NCBI GenBank assembly: GCA_050953045.1
Contig: JBMNLY010000001.1
Span: 74,947-138,946, forward strand
Length of the DNA stretch: 64,000 bases
Direction: 5' to 3'
From: Bacilli bacterium
GTDB lineage: Bacteria; Bacillota_I; Bacilli_A; ML615J-28; CAG-698
Position 1 is the first letter of the stretch, and each line of letters opens with the position of its first letter. The notes under the pieces were generated by a model. The model did not search any database. It was not told the DNA's origin and saw only the letters and a list, made by a program, of their open reading frames with translations. A program made the position numbers and the translations under genes. Shown here piece by piece: positions 17,863-28,379 of the stretch.

Positions 17863-19281
17863 ATGAAAAGAAAAACTAAGATTGTCTGCACAGTCGGACC
17901 GGCAATCGACAGCGAAGAAATGTTAGAGAAAGTAATTGAAGCCGGAATGAATGTGGCTCGTCTCAACTTTTCACATGCCGATCTCGAAGAGCAGGGCGAA
18001 AGGATTCAGAGAATTCGGAGAGTATCCGAAAAACTGAATCGCTATATCGGAATTATGGCCGATACGAAAGGACCGGAAATCAGAACCGGCATTTTTGAAG
18101 ACGGTAAAGTTTATTTTCAAAAAGGTGATATTGTTAGAATTTTAAAAGAAGAAGTGGTCGGGAATCGGGAAAGATTTTCAATCTCCAGCCCTGAAGTTTT
18201 CCAAGATCTTAAATCTGGGGACCATATTCTGATTGATGACGGCAAAATACGCCTTGATGTCTTAGAATGTAACGGTGACAGCTTTAAATGTTTGGTAAGA
18301 AATTCCGGCTATATTAAAAGCAAAAAAGGGGTCAATGTTCCTCATGTTCATCTTTCGATACCTTTTCTTTCGAAAAAGGATGATGACGATATTAGATTTG
18401 CTGCTTTAAACGGCGTTGATTTGATTGCTGCTTCTTTTGTCAGAACAGCTGCTGATGTCCGCTCAATAAAAGATTTATTGAAAGAAATCGGCAAAGAAGA
18501 AATAGAAGTAATCGCTAAGATCGAAAATCAAGAAGGTTATGATAATCTAAAAGAAATACTTATGGTTGCGGATGGAATCATGGTCGCAAGAGGAGATCTC
18601 GGAGTTGAAGTTGCGACGGAAATTGTTCCCATATACCAAAAGAAAATTATTCAAATGGCAAATGAATTCGGAAAGCCCGTTATAATTGCGACGCATATGC
18701 TCGAGACAATGATGAATTCACCGCGGCCGACTCGAGCTGAAGCCTCAGACGTTGCGAATGCGATTTTGGATGGTGCCGATGCTGTGATGCTTTCCGGTGA
18801 AACCGCAGCGGGCGAATATCCGGTCGAAGCCGTCCAAACGATGAATAGGATTGCAAAGGCAATTGAAGAAATCTTTCCTTATGAAGAAAAACTCTTACGT
18901 TCTTTAAGTTCTTCTGAGCGGACAATTAATGATGCGATCGGGATTTCGGTTGCGCAAACAGCATTGACATTGCCGAAAGTAAAAGCGGTGGTAGCTTTTA
19001 CGGAAACAGGTGGAACCGCGAAAAGAATGTGCAAATTCCGCCCCTGTGTTCCGATTATCGCAGTAACCGACAGCATCGAAACCTGCAGACGGCTTAGTTA
19101 TTATTTCGGAGTCAGCGCTACTTTTCGTGATGTAGTTACCGATATTAGTCTTTTTAATATTGTAGCTACTGAAGTTGCGAAGTCTTTTGGATATAAGAGT
19201 GGTGACACGATTATTATTACTTCCGGTTGGGGCCAAAAGCACGGTACGACTAATAATATGCGAATTATTGAAATTGAATAA
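17863..19281 (+). CDS. pyk: Pyruvate kinase
   Basis: ATG 9 nt after GGAGG. Signatures KIVCTVGPA, MVARGDLG and the pyruvate kinase barrel and C-terminal domain. About 472 aa. Confidence 0.9.
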   Translation: MKRKTKIVCTVGPAIDSEEMLEKVIEAGMNVARLNFSHADLEEQGERIQRIRRVSEKLNRYIGIMADTKGPEIRTGIFEDGKVYFQKGDIVRILKEEVVGNRERFSISSPEVFQDLKSGDHILIDDGKIRLDVLECNGDSFKCLVRNSGYIKSKKGVNVPHVHLSIPFLSKKDDDDIRFAALNGVDLIAASFVRTAADVRSIKDLLKEIGKEEIEVIAKIENQEGYDNLKEILMVADGIMVARGDLGVEVATEIVPIYQKKIIQMANEFGKPVIIATHMLETMMNSPRPTRAEASDVANAILDGADAVMLSGETAAGEYPVEAVQTMNRIAKAIEEIFPYEEKLLRSLSSSERTINDAIGISVAQTALTLPKVKAVVAFTETGGTAKRMCKFRPCVPIIAVTDSIETCRRLSYYFGVSATFRDVVTDISLFNIVATEVAKSFGYKSGDTIIITSGWGQKHGTTNNMRIIEIE

Positions 19282-19380
19282 ATAATTAAATGCCTGAGAT
19301 GCAAAATATCTTTCGAATCTTGCTTAAGAAGGCTAGTTTTGGTATAATTTAAAAAGTTATTACTTGAAAGGAAAAAAGGT

Positions 19381-20700
19381 ATGTACAAGTATTTTGAAGC
19401 ATTTATTTCAAAAATGCATTTGGCCTTAATTATTTTCGTAATTACTTATGTATTACTGCTTGTTTTTTCAAAATATCGCGCTTATATCGCTTTAGGATCC
19501 GCGGTCGTGTTTGTTGTTTTAGGCTTTCTGCCGTTATCAGAAATTCTAAAAACTCTTGACTGGAATGTTTTAATGATGATTGCGGGCACGATGGGTATTG
19601 TTGCGCTCTTTATCGAATCAAAAATGCCCTCACTGCTTGCGGATATGATTATTGAAAAAGTTCCGAATATGAAATGGGCGATCATTTCTTTGTCTATTTT
19701 TGCAGGTGTTATTTCAGCTTTTGTAGATAATGTCGCAACAGTCTTAATGGTTGCTCCTGTTGCTTTAAATATTTCGAAAAAATTAAAAATTTCGCCTGTA
19801 CCAGCATTAATTTGTATCGCAATTTCATCTAACTTACAAGGTGCTGCGACTTTGGTCGGAGATACGACTTCGATTATGCTCGCAGGAGAGCTTGATATGA
19901 ATTTTATTGACTTCATTTGGTATCGGGGACGTCCGGGAATTTTCTTTGGAGTGGAACTAGGAGCGGTTGCTTCTGTTTTAGTTTTATTGTTTATTTTTAG
20001 AAATGAGAGAAATCCGCTCATTCCCCATGAAAGAACTGAAGTCAAAGATAAGTTTCCAACAATTCTCTTAATCTCGATGGTTTGTTTACTAATTGCTGCA
20101 AGCTTTGTACCTAAAACAGGAATTAAATTTTTAGATGCTAATATTAACGGTCTCATTGTTATGTTCTTGCTCTTGATTGGTTTAATCAGGAAACTGTTTC
20201 AAACCAAGAGCATTCGTTCGCTCGGTGAAACCGTTAAAGAAATCGATTATTTTACAATCCTTCTCTTAGCCAGCTTGTTTATCATTATCGCCGGTATCAG
20301 CGAAGCTGGAGTAATTGCTGCGATTGCTGATTTAATCGATAGTATCGGTGGCGGAAATACTTTTGCTGTCTATACGATGATTGTTTCGCTTTCGGTTTTG
20401 GTTTCCGCTTTCATCGATAATATTCCTTATGTTGCGACAATGCTACCGGTTGTAGGTACGCTCGCCTTTAATCTTGGTTTACAGGAACCCGCAGTCCTTT
20501 ATTTCGGACTCTTAACGGGAGCCACTCTCGGCGGAAACTTAACTCCGATTGGAGCGAGCGCGAATATTGCCGCTATCGGTATTTTAAGAAAAGACGGCTA
20601 TGAGGTTAAACCCTTGCAGTTTATGAAATTCGGGGTCCCCTTTACCCTTGCTGCAGTCATTACCGGTTATCTCTTTATTTGGCTTGTTTGGGGAATGTAA
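19381..20700 (+). CDS. Anion permease of the ArsB/NhaD/CitMHS-like superfamily
   Basis: 439 aa, roughly 12 TM helices with internal-repeat architecture typical of SLC13/ArsB-NhaD permeases. Confidence 0.55.
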   Translation: MYKYFEAFISKMHLALIIFVITYVLLLVFSKYRAYIALGSAVVFVVLGFLPLSEILKTLDWNVLMMIAGTMGIVALFIESKMPSLLADMIIEKVPNMKWAIISLSIFAGVISAFVDNVATVLMVAPVALNISKKLKISPVPALICIAISSNLQGAATLVGDTTSIMLAGELDMNFIDFIWYRGRPGIFFGVELGAVASVLVLLFIFRNERNPLIPHERTEVKDKFPTILLISMVCLLIAASFVPKTGIKFLDANINGLIVMFLLLIGLIRKLFQTKSIRSLGETVKEIDYFTILLLASLFIIIAGISEAGVIAAIADLIDSIGGGNTFAVYTMIVSLSVLVSAFIDNIPYVATMLPVVGTLAFNLGLQEPAVLYFGLLTGATLGGNLTPIGASANIAAIGILRKDGYEVKPLQFMKFGVPFTLAAVITGYLFIWLVWGM

Positions 20701-20718
20701 TTATAATAAGTAAAAAAT

Positions 20719-20750
20719 AAGTCACCTATATTTACGGGTGACTTTTGTTA
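20719..20750 (+). terminator. Rho-independent terminator
   Basis: AAGTCACC…GGGTGACTT followed by a T-rich run. Confidence 0.55.
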
Positions 20751-20876
20751 TTATTAAAACATTTTGCTATGCATAAGATGTTAACATATCAAAACATTGC
20801 GAGATTGTCATTTAAATTTTCTTTAGAATTATTTATTTATAGTATAATTTAATAAAGACCAGAAAGGGGGTTAGAT

Positions 20877-21911
20877 ATGAAATATATTATTACCGGCGGT
20901 GCAGGCTATTTAGGATCGGTTTTAGCTCACGAACTAGAAAGAAGAGGTTATGGGCCGCTAAAAATTCTTGTTTTACCCGGTGAGAAAATTGCGCACTTAG
21001 CGGATTTAAATGCGGAAATTGTTCGAGGAGATATTTTAGATTTAAATTTTTTAGATGATTTTATTGAAAAAGACGACATCGTTTTTCATTTGGCGGGAAT
21101 CGTCAATATCACTGCATCAAAAAAAGATTTGTTATATCAGGTTAATGTAGAAGGATTTAAGAATATCGTTGATACCTCAATCAAGAAGAAAATAAAAAGA
21201 TTGATTTATACATCGTCCGTGCATGCTATTTTACCGAAGAAAGGTAATGAGATAATGCAAGAACCGGATAGTTTTTCAGTTGAAGAACTGGTCGGAGATT
21301 ATGCGAAAACAAAGGCACTGGCAACCAAATATTTATTTGAAAAGACAAAGGCCGGAGAAATTGATGCGGTTGCCTTATATCCATCCGGAATCATCGGGCC
21401 TTATGATTATAATGTCTCCCATTTCGGCCAAGTTATCCTTGATTATATCAATCGGAAACTGACGGCGATTGTAAAAGGGGGTTATGATTTTGTAGATGTG
21501 CGCGACGTTGCTTCCGCTCTTGTTTCCGCAATAGACGCTAGAAGTGGCGAAGGCTATATTGTAAGCGGACATTATGTCAGTGTGAGAGAACTTTTTAAAA
21601 TCTTAAATGAAAAATTAGACCGAAAGCGTCTTCCTGGAGAACTTGCCTTGTGGTTTTTAAAAATCGTGGCGCCGCTAGCTGAACTCCACTATAAAATCAG
21701 ACGCAAAAAGCCGCTCTTTAATGCTTATACGCTTTATACTTTAAATGTCAATTGTAATTTTGATAATTCAAAAGCAAGAGCAGAACTTGGGTTTAACCCG
21801 AGGAGCGTAAAGGAAAGTCTCTTTGATATGGTTGATTGGTTTTTAGAAAACAAGCAAGAGCTGATTAAACGTAAATATTTGCTTTCTTTAAAACCTAAAA
21901 CTTCACATTAG
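20877..21911 (+). CDS. NAD-dependent epimerase/dehydratase (extended SDR)
   Basis: N-terminal GGAGYLGS Rossmann motif. YxxxK catalytic dyad (YAKTK). Confidence 0.75.
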   Translation: MKYIITGGAGYLGSVLAHELERRGYGPLKILVLPGEKIAHLADLNAEIVRGDILDLNFLDDFIEKDDIVFHLAGIVNITASKKDLLYQVNVEGFKNIVDTSIKKKIKRLIYTSSVHAILPKKGNEIMQEPDSFSVEELVGDYAKTKALATKYLFEKTKAGEIDAVALYPSGIIGPYDYNVSHFGQVILDYINRKLTAIVKGGYDFVDVRDVASALVSAIDARSGEGYIVSGHYVSVRELFKILNEKLDRKRLPGELALWFLKIVAPLAELHYKIRRKKPLFNAYTLYTLNVNCNFDNSKARAELGFNPRSVKESLFDMVDWFLENKQELIKRKYLLSLKPKTSH

Positions 21912-21912
21912 G

Positions 21913-21937
21913 AAAGCCTTTGGGCTTTTTCTTTTTT
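21913..21937 (+). terminator. Rho-independent terminator
   Basis: AAAGCC-TTTG-GGCTTT followed by a T-run. Confidence 0.5.
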
Positions 21938-22119
21938 ATCTAGGAAGAATAGAATATTAATAAAAAATCTTGAATATTTATTAAATGTCTGATTATATAA
22001 AATATATATGAAATTATTATAAAATGTATATGAATTAAATTATAATTTATATTTTCTTCTTAAATTAGATATGGTATAATACAGTGTAAGCGTTTGCATA
22101 AAATATAAGGAAAAGGAGA

Positions 22120-23196
22120 TTGGATTTGAACAAATTTGATTACATGGAACGTCATGGTTTTGAACAAGTGATTTATTTCCATGACAAGACTACCGGACTT
22201 AAAGGAATTACTGTCATTCATGACACGACGCTCGGCCCCGCTTTGGGAGGAACTCGGCTTTGGAATTATGCATGCGAAGATGATGCTGTCTTGGATTGTT
22301 TGCGCTTAGCAAGAGGTATGACTTTCAAGAATGCCGCTGCAGGTTTAAATCTTGGTGGTGGAAAAACTGTTTTAATCGGAGATGCGAGTACTGTAAAAAG
22401 TGAGGCGTATTTTCGGGCTTTGGGCCGTTATGTTCAAAGTTTAAATGGACGTTATATTACCGCCGAGGATGTCAATACGACAACAAAAGATATGGATTAT
22501 ATCCTTATGGAAACTGATTATGTTGTCGGCTTGGAAGACAAATCCGGTAACCCTTCGCCGATTACGGCTTTAGGAGCTTTCCATGGAATTCGAGCTTCCC
22601 TGAAGCATCGTTTCAATGATGATGATATTTCTAAATATACTTTTGCTGTTCAGGGAGTCGGAGAAACTGGCAGTGCTTTAATCGGTTATCTGAAAGAAGC
22701 TAATGCGAAAAAAATTTATTTTTCGGAAATCAATCCTAAGAACATTAAAAAAATGCAAGAACTTCATCCGGATTGTGAAATGGTTACGCCTGATGCAATT
22801 TATTCCCTAGAGGTAGATGTCTTTGTTCCTTGTGCATTAGGAGCGGTTATGAATGAAAAAACAATTCCTGAGTTAAAATGTGCGATTGTAGCCGGGACAG
22901 CTAACAATGTTTTAGAAGATGAAGAGCGCGACGGCCTGTTACTTAAAGACCGCGGCATCCTTTATGCTCCTGACTTTGTCATTAATGCCGGCGGCGTCAT
23001 CAATGTCTATCATGAACTTCATGGTTATAATCGCGAAAGAGTTATTAAGGACGTTCGAAAAATTTATGATCGCTTGCTGGAAATCTTTAAGATTGCGGAA
23101 AAGGAAAATGTTCATAACCAAAAAGCAGCTCTTGTTTATGCAACTAATCGGATGAAAACCATCGCCGCAATTCGTTCTAATTATATTATCAGATAA
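22120..23196 (+). CDS. Leucine (branched-chain amino acid) dehydrogenase
   Basis: TTG start. Glu/Leu/Phe/Val dehydrogenase signature LGGGKTV. N-terminus aligns with B. subtilis Bcd (…KYMEKYDYEQ…). 358 aa. Confidence 0.8.
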   Translation: MDLNKFDYMERHGFEQVIYFHDKTTGLKGITVIHDTTLGPALGGTRLWNYACEDDAVLDCLRLARGMTFKNAAAGLNLGGGKTVLIGDASTVKSEAYFRALGRYVQSLNGRYITAEDVNTTTKDMDYILMETDYVVGLEDKSGNPSPITALGAFHGIRASLKHRFNDDDISKYTFAVQGVGETGSALIGYLKEANAKKIYFSEINPKNIKKMQELHPDCEMVTPDAIYSLEVDVFVPCALGAVMNEKTIPELKCAIVAGTANNVLEDEERDGLLLKDRGILYAPDFVINAGGVINVYHELHGYNRERVIKDVRKIYDRLLEIFKIAEKENVHNQKAALVYATNRMKTIAAIRSNYIIR

Positions 23197-23217
23197 AATA
23201 CTTTCCGAGGTCAAATT

Positions 23218-23862
23218 ATGAAAAGGATTACTTTTATCGTCGGTCACTACGGTAGCGGAAAATCAGAATTTGCGCTTAACTTAGCGGTTCAAAAACATGT
23301 CGATCTCCTGATTGACCTTGACATCGTCAATCCTTATTTCCGTTCCCGTGAGCTTGGGGTGGAGCTAGCAGAAAAAAATATCCGCTTCGTTTCCTCACCG
23401 ATTAAAGGACTCGGCAGTGATCTTCCTTACATTGCCAAGGAAGCCTTCCTTCCTTTCTATCGTAATTTGACCTCGATTTTTGATTTAGGCGGCGATGATG
23501 TCGGCACCAAAGTCGCAAGACAATTTTTTGAACTAATAAATTATGAAACTACTGATTTCTTATTCTGTGTTAATGTTTACCGGGAAGAGACAGATAATTC
23601 CGAAAAGATCATCAAAATGATGGAAAAAATTGAAAAAGCCGGTTCGATAAAATTAACCGGCTTAATCAATAATACTAATCTACTCCGCGAAACATCTTAT
23701 CAAGATTTGCTGATTGGTGAAAAAATCTTAGAAGAAGTTGAACAAAGAACTGGGTTAAAAATCGTCTATACCGGAGTTTATGAGAATGTTTTGCCGGAAT
23801 GCGGAAAACTTGCCGGCGAAATTATTCCTTTAAAATTATATTTAAGAAAAAAATGGCTATGA
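23218..23862 (+). CDS. P-loop NTPase of unknown function
   Basis: Walker A GHYGSGKS at residues 9-16. 214 aa. Embedded between the dehydrogenase and oxidoreductase genes. Confidence 0.5.
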   Translation: MKRITFIVGHYGSGKSEFALNLAVQKHVDLLIDLDIVNPYFRSRELGVELAEKNIRFVSSPIKGLGSDLPYIAKEAFLPFYRNLTSIFDLGGDDVGTKVARQFFELINYETTDFLFCVNVYREETDNSEKIIKMMEKIEKAGSIKLTGLINNTNLLRETSYQDLLIGEKILEEVEQRTGLKIVYTGVYENVLPECGKLAGEIIPLKLYLRKKWL

Positions 23863-23871
23863 GGAGGGCTA

Positions 23872-24093
23872 ATGGCGAGAGGAGTACTTGAATTTAAACA
23901 TGAGGATTGCAAGGGTTGTTCGCTTTGCGTCGAATTTTGTCCGACAAAAATCCTTGCCTTGGATAAAGAAAAAATTAATCAAAAAGGATATCATCAAATC
24001 AAAGTAATTGATCCGGAACGTTGCATTGCCTGCGGATTTTGTGCGCTAATGTGTCCGGATTCAGTCATTACTGTGATGAGGGTGGGAGCATGA
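23872..24093 (+). CDS. 2-oxoacid:ferredoxin oxidoreductase delta subunit (2x[4Fe-4S] ferredoxin)
   Basis: Two CxxCxxCxxxCP motifs (CKGCSLCVEFCP, CIACGFCALMCP). Confidence 0.8.
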   Translation: MARGVLEFKHEDCKGCSLCVEFCPTKILALDKEKINQKGYHQIKVIDPERCIACGFCALMCPDSVITVMRVGA

Positions 24094-25157
24094 AAAAAAT
24101 CTTAATGAAGGGTAATGAAGCAATTGCGAGAAGCGCAATTCTTGGCGGTTGCGAGGCATTTTTTGGTTATCCGATTACCCCGCAAAATGAAATTCCGGAA
24201 TATCTTTCCAAATATCTACCGGAGGCCGGAAAAGTATTTGTACAGGCGGAATCGGAAATAGCTTCGATAAATATGGTTTATGGAGCAGCTGCGGCTGGGG
24301 TGCGCGTAATGACATCTTCGTCTTCACCGGGAATCGCTTTGATGCAGGAAGGCATTTCTTATCTCTGCGGTGCGGAACTTCCTTGTGTGATTGTCAATGT
24401 CATGCGGGGCGGTCCGGGTCTTGGGGGAATTCAACCGTCGCAATCCGATTATTTTCAGATTACTCGCGGCGGCGGTAACGGCGATTACCGCGTTCTAGCG
24501 TACGCTCCGGAAAATCTTCAAGAAACCGTTGATCTTATGAAAGAAGCTTTTGAGATTGCTGATTATTACCGCAATCCGGTGATGATTGCTGTTGACGGCT
24601 TAATCGGTCAGATGATGGAAAGCGTCAGTTTAGACCGTGAAGTCAAAAAAAGAGTAATTCCGGAAAAGAACTGGGCAGCAAGCGGCGGGCATACGGGAAA
24701 AGAAAGAAGAATCGTTACTTCGCTTTTTCTTGATCCGGAAAAACTTGAAGAGCATAATTTGAGACTAGCGAAAAAATATAAAGTTATGATAGCAGATGAA
24801 CAAAAGTATGAATTATCGAATGCAGAAGAAGCAGAATTTATTATTGTTGCTTACGGAACGATGGCAAGAATTGTCCGTTCCGCAATCGAAATATTAAAAG
24901 ACCAAGGAATTAAGGTGGGTTTACTGAAGCCGCTTACGCTTTGGCCTTATCCAAAAAATGCATTTTCAAAACTTCCTAAATCATTAAAGGGAATTTTAGT
25001 TGCTGAGCTCAGTCTTGGCCAAATGCTTGATGATGTAAAAATATGCAACGAAGGAAGATTCCCGCTTTTTTTCTTCGGCAGAGTCGGAGGAGTACTTCCG
25101 GAACCCGAAGAAATTGCGGAAGCTTTGCTTAAGTTTAAAATGGAGGTTTCCCGATGA
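24090..25157 (+). CDS. 2-oxoacid:ferredoxin oxidoreductase alpha subunit
   Basis: ATGA overlap with the delta gene. N-terminal MKGNEAIARSAILGGCEAFFGYPITP is the POR/VOR alpha signature. Confidence 0.85.
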   Translation: MKKILMKGNEAIARSAILGGCEAFFGYPITPQNEIPEYLSKYLPEAGKVFVQAESEIASINMVYGAAAAGVRVMTSSSSPGIALMQEGISYLCGAELPCVIVNVMRGGPGLGGIQPSQSDYFQITRGGGNGDYRVLAYAPENLQETVDLMKEAFEIADYYRNPVMIAVDGLIGQMMESVSLDREVKKRVIPEKNWAASGGHTGKERRIVTSLFLDPEKLEEHNLRLAKKYKVMIADEQKYELSNAEEAEFIIVAYGTMARIVRSAIEILKDQGIKVGLLKPLTLWPYPKNAFSKLPKSLKGILVAELSLGQMLDDVKICNEGRFPLFFFGRVGGVLPEPEEIAEALLKFKMEVSR

Positions 25158-25903
25158 AACAAATTGTTTACCAAAAATCTAAGGGGTTAACCGACCACCA
25201 ACTTTCGTATTGTCCCGGATGCACCCATGGTATTGTTCATAAATTGGTAGCGGAAGCGCTCGAAGAACTTAATATAATTGAAAAAGCGATCGGTATCGCC
25301 AGTGTCGGCTGCTCAGTTTTGAGTTATAACTTCTTTGATTGCGATATGGTTCAGGCCGCTCATGGTAGGGCTTGTGCGGTTGCAACCGGAATTAAAAGGT
25401 CACGCCCAGAAGCGATTGTTTTCTCTTATCAGGGCGATGGCGATCTTGCTTCCATCGGTATCGGAGAAACCATTCACGCTGCCAATCGGGGCGAAAATCT
25501 AACTGTTATCTTTATTAATAATGCAATTTACGGTATGACGGGCGGACAGATGGCGCCGACAACTTTAATCGGTCAAAAAACAACGACATCGCCCTTTGGA
25601 AGAGATTTGCATCTGCACGGGATGCCGATTAAAGTTTCCGAAATCTTCAGTCAAATTCCGCGAGCGGTTTATGTAGAAAGAGTATCGGTTCATAATCCCC
25701 GCTTCTTAAAGAATGCGAAACGTGCGATCTTAAAGGCCTTTCAAAATCAAATTGAAAACAAAGGCTTTTCGCTTGTTGAAGTACTTTCAACCTGTCCCGT
25801 CAATTGGGGAATGACGCCGATTAAGGCTCTAAAATGGGTTGAAGAAGAAATGATACCCTATTATCCTGTAAAAGTTTTTAAAGATGGTGAAGAAAATGAA
25901 TAG
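25154..25903 (+). CDS. 2-oxoacid:ferredoxin oxidoreductase beta subunit (TPP-binding)
   Basis: TPP motif GDGD…NNAIYGMTGGQ. Cys ligands CPGC. Confidence 0.85.
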   Translation: MKQIVYQKSKGLTDHQLSYCPGCTHGIVHKLVAEALEELNIIEKAIGIASVGCSVLSYNFFDCDMVQAAHGRACAVATGIKRSRPEAIVFSYQGDGDLASIGIGETIHAANRGENLTVIFINNAIYGMTGGQMAPTTLIGQKTTTSPFGRDLHLHGMPIKVSEIFSQIPRAVYVERVSVHNPRFLKNAKRAILKAFQNQIENKGFSLVEVLSTCPVNWGMTPIKALKWVEEEMIPYYPVKVFKDGEENE

Positions 25904-26438
25904 AATCGAAAGAATTACCGTTGCCGGTTTTGGTGGTCAAGGTGTTATGATGCTCGGTCAAGTATTAGCCTATACAGCTAACGAAAAGGGTTATAACGCC
26001 CTTTGGCATCCCTCTTACGGACCCGAAACGCGCGGTGGAACCGCCAATTGCTCCGTAATTATTTCTGATCAATCAATTAACTCACCTATCTTTTCCAAAG
26101 CTGACACGCTTATTATTTTTAATCGTCCTTCTTTGGAAAAATTTAAAAACAAACTCCATCAAGACGGAATCCTAATCTACAATTCTTCATTAATCCAAGA
26201 AAATATAAATGAACAGGCTTACCCCGTTTCCGCAAACGACTTGGCGCTGGAACTAGGAAATTCTCGGGTTGCAAATATGATAATGCTCGGAGCTTACTTG
26301 GCTCTTAAACCTCACTTTTCAATTGAGGAAGTTTTTAAAGCGTTAAAAACTTATCTCGGCCCGGAAAAAGAAAACCTTTTTGAAATCAATTATCGGGCCT
26401 TAAATTTAGGTTTCAGTCTTTTTGAGGAGAAAAAATGA
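25896..26438 (+). CDS. 2-oxoacid:ferredoxin oxidoreductase gamma subunit
   Basis: ITVAGFGGQGVMMLGQVLA (gamma-subunit signature). Start ATG 25896 overlaps the beta stop. Confidence 0.8.
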   Translation: MNRIERITVAGFGGQGVMMLGQVLAYTANEKGYNALWHPSYGPETRGGTANCSVIISDQSINSPIFSKADTLIIFNRPSLEKFKNKLHQDGILIYNSSLIQENINEQAYPVSANDLALELGNSRVANMIMLGAYLALKPHFSIEEVFKALKTYLGPEKENLFEINYRALNLGFSLFEEKK

Positions 26439-27337
26439 GCTTGAGTACTTTTTTTGAAAAAGCTAAAACACTCCCCAAGCAAAGGCTCGTAGTGGTAGCA
26501 CCAGAAGATGAATTTGTTTTATCTGCTGTAAAGAAAGCAAAAGATGCTGAGTTAGTTACACCGATTCTAATCGGAAATAAGAATGCGATTATCGATAAAT
26601 TAACGTGTTTGGAAGAAAGAGCGGATCAATACCAAATTATTGATGCCAACCCTGAAGAAGTCGCGGAACTTGCGGTCAAAATGATTAAAGAAGGTAACGC
26701 AGACATTCTGATGAAGGGTTTAATCGACACCCGGACTTTACTCAAAGCAGTTGTGAATTCAGAAAAGGGCATCAAAGCTCAAAAACTGCTATCCCATATA
26801 GCCGTCTTTTCGTTTCCTTCAGAAAAGTATATCATTGCAAGTGATTGTGCTATGAACATCAATCCCGGAATCGAAGAGAAGAAGGGGATTATTGAAAACG
26901 CTGCTGAGTTTGCTCAAAGGATTGGAATTAAACATCCAAAAATCGCATTGATTTCAGCTACCGAAAAACCGAATCCAAAACTTGGATCATCAATGGATGC
27001 GGTTGAACTTACCCGCTTCTACAAAAGCGAAGAAAACTTTCTCCTTGAAGGGCCCTTTGCTTTAGATAATATCTTTTCCTCAGTTTCCCGAGAACATAAA
27101 AATATTGAGAGCAAAGTAGCTGAGTCTACAGATATTCTCATCTTTCCGAATCTTGATTCCGGAAATGTCTTTTATAAATCTGCAGTTTTCTTGGGACATG
27201 CGCAAGCAGCGGGGTTGATCGTTGGCGCCAAAGCTCCGATTGTTCTTACCAGTCGAGCTGATTCCGAAAAATCAAAACTAAATTCTATCGTCCTGGCAAT
27301 GGTTTATAATTATGGTTTACAGAATACTAGCTATTAA
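26435..27337 (+). CDS. ptb: Phosphate butyryl/acyl transferase
   Basis: 300 aa with the phosphate acetyl/butyryltransferase fold. Overlaps neighbouring genes in the same operon. Confidence 0.8.
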   Translation: MSLSTFFEKAKTLPKQRLVVVAPEDEFVLSAVKKAKDAELVTPILIGNKNAIIDKLTCLEERADQYQIIDANPEEVAELAVKMIKEGNADILMKGLIDTRTLLKAVVNSEKGIKAQKLLSHIAVFSFPSEKYIIASDCAMNINPGIEEKKGIIENAAEFAQRIGIKHPKIALISATEKPNPKLGSSMDAVELTRFYKSEENFLLEGPFALDNIFSSVSREHKNIESKVAESTDILIFPNLDSGNVFYKSAVFLGHAQAAGLIVGAKAPIVLTSRADSEKSKLNSIVLAMVYNYGLQNTSY

Positions 27338-28379
27338 TACCGGCTCGACCTCTACGAAAATTGCCGTTTATGATAATGACAAGCCCGTAGCGGTCAAGAG
27401 CTTAATACATGAAAATATCACTGTGCATCGTTACGAGAAGGTTTTTGCTCAAAAGGACTTTCGTAAAGAAGTCATCTTGAGGTTTCTTGAAGAATATCAG
27501 ATTCCTTTAGAATCAATCGATGTTTTTGTCGGTCGGGGTGGGCTTCTTCGCCCGATTAAAAGCGGAATCTATGCTGTGAATGAAAAAATGCTTGCTGATC
27601 TTGAAGCTGAAAAATATGGCGCTCATTCCTGTAATTTGGGTGCTCCTTTAGCTTATGAACTAGCAAGAATTCACAAGAAACCAGCTTATATTGTCGATCC
27701 AGTTGTTGTTGATGAACTATCCGACTATGCAAGAATCAGCGGTCATAAAGAAATTGAGAGAATTTCAATCTTTCATGCTTTGAACCAAAAGGCAACTGCT
27801 CACCGTTATGCAAGCGAACATAACAAAAAATATGAAGATTTAAACTTAATTGTCGTTCATCTCGGCGGTGGTATTTCTGTCGGTCTGCATCTAAAAGGAG
27901 AAGTGGTCGATGTTAACAACGCTCTTGGCGGCGAAGGTCCGTTTACTCCGGAAAGAGCGGGAACGCTTCCTGCTTTTCAATTGATTGATCTTTGTTATTC
28001 CGGAAAATACACAAAAGAGGAATTAAAAAAACAACTAGTTGGTAAAGGCGGCTTAATGTCCTATATCAATACGAGCGACGGAATCGAAGTAGAAAGAAGG
28101 ATTGCTTCCGGAGATGATGAGGCTCTTTTCTATCTAGAAGCGATGGGTTATCAGATCATTAAAGAAATTGGGGCCCATTATTTTACAGCAAAAGCTAAAA
28201 TCGATGCCGTTCTTCTCACGGGTGGACTTGCTTATAGCAAAAATTTAATTACTTATTTCCAAAAAAATCTTCCCGACTTTGTAAACTTAGAAATCTATCC
28301 AGGCGAAAACGAAATGGAATCGCTTGTCTTCGGTGTTCTCCGCATCTTACATGCCGAAGAGGAAGTAAAAGCTTACTAA
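27312..28379 (+). CDS. buk: Butyrate (branched-chain fatty acid) kinase
   Basis: N-terminal ILAINTGSTSTKIAVY is the acetate/butyrate kinase signature. 355 aa. Confidence 0.85.
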   Translation: MVYRILAINTGSTSTKIAVYDNDKPVAVKSLIHENITVHRYEKVFAQKDFRKEVILRFLEEYQIPLESIDVFVGRGGLLRPIKSGIYAVNEKMLADLEAEKYGAHSCNLGAPLAYELARIHKKPAYIVDPVVVDELSDYARISGHKEIERISIFHALNQKATAHRYASEHNKKYEDLNLIVVHLGGGISVGLHLKGEVVDVNNALGGEGPFTPERAGTLPAFQLIDLCYSGKYTKEELKKQLVGKGGLMSYINTSDGIEVERRIASGDDEALFYLEAMGYQIIKEIGAHYFTAKAKIDAVLLTGGLAYSKNLITYFQKNLPDFVNLEIYPGENEMESLVFGVLRILHAEEEVKAY

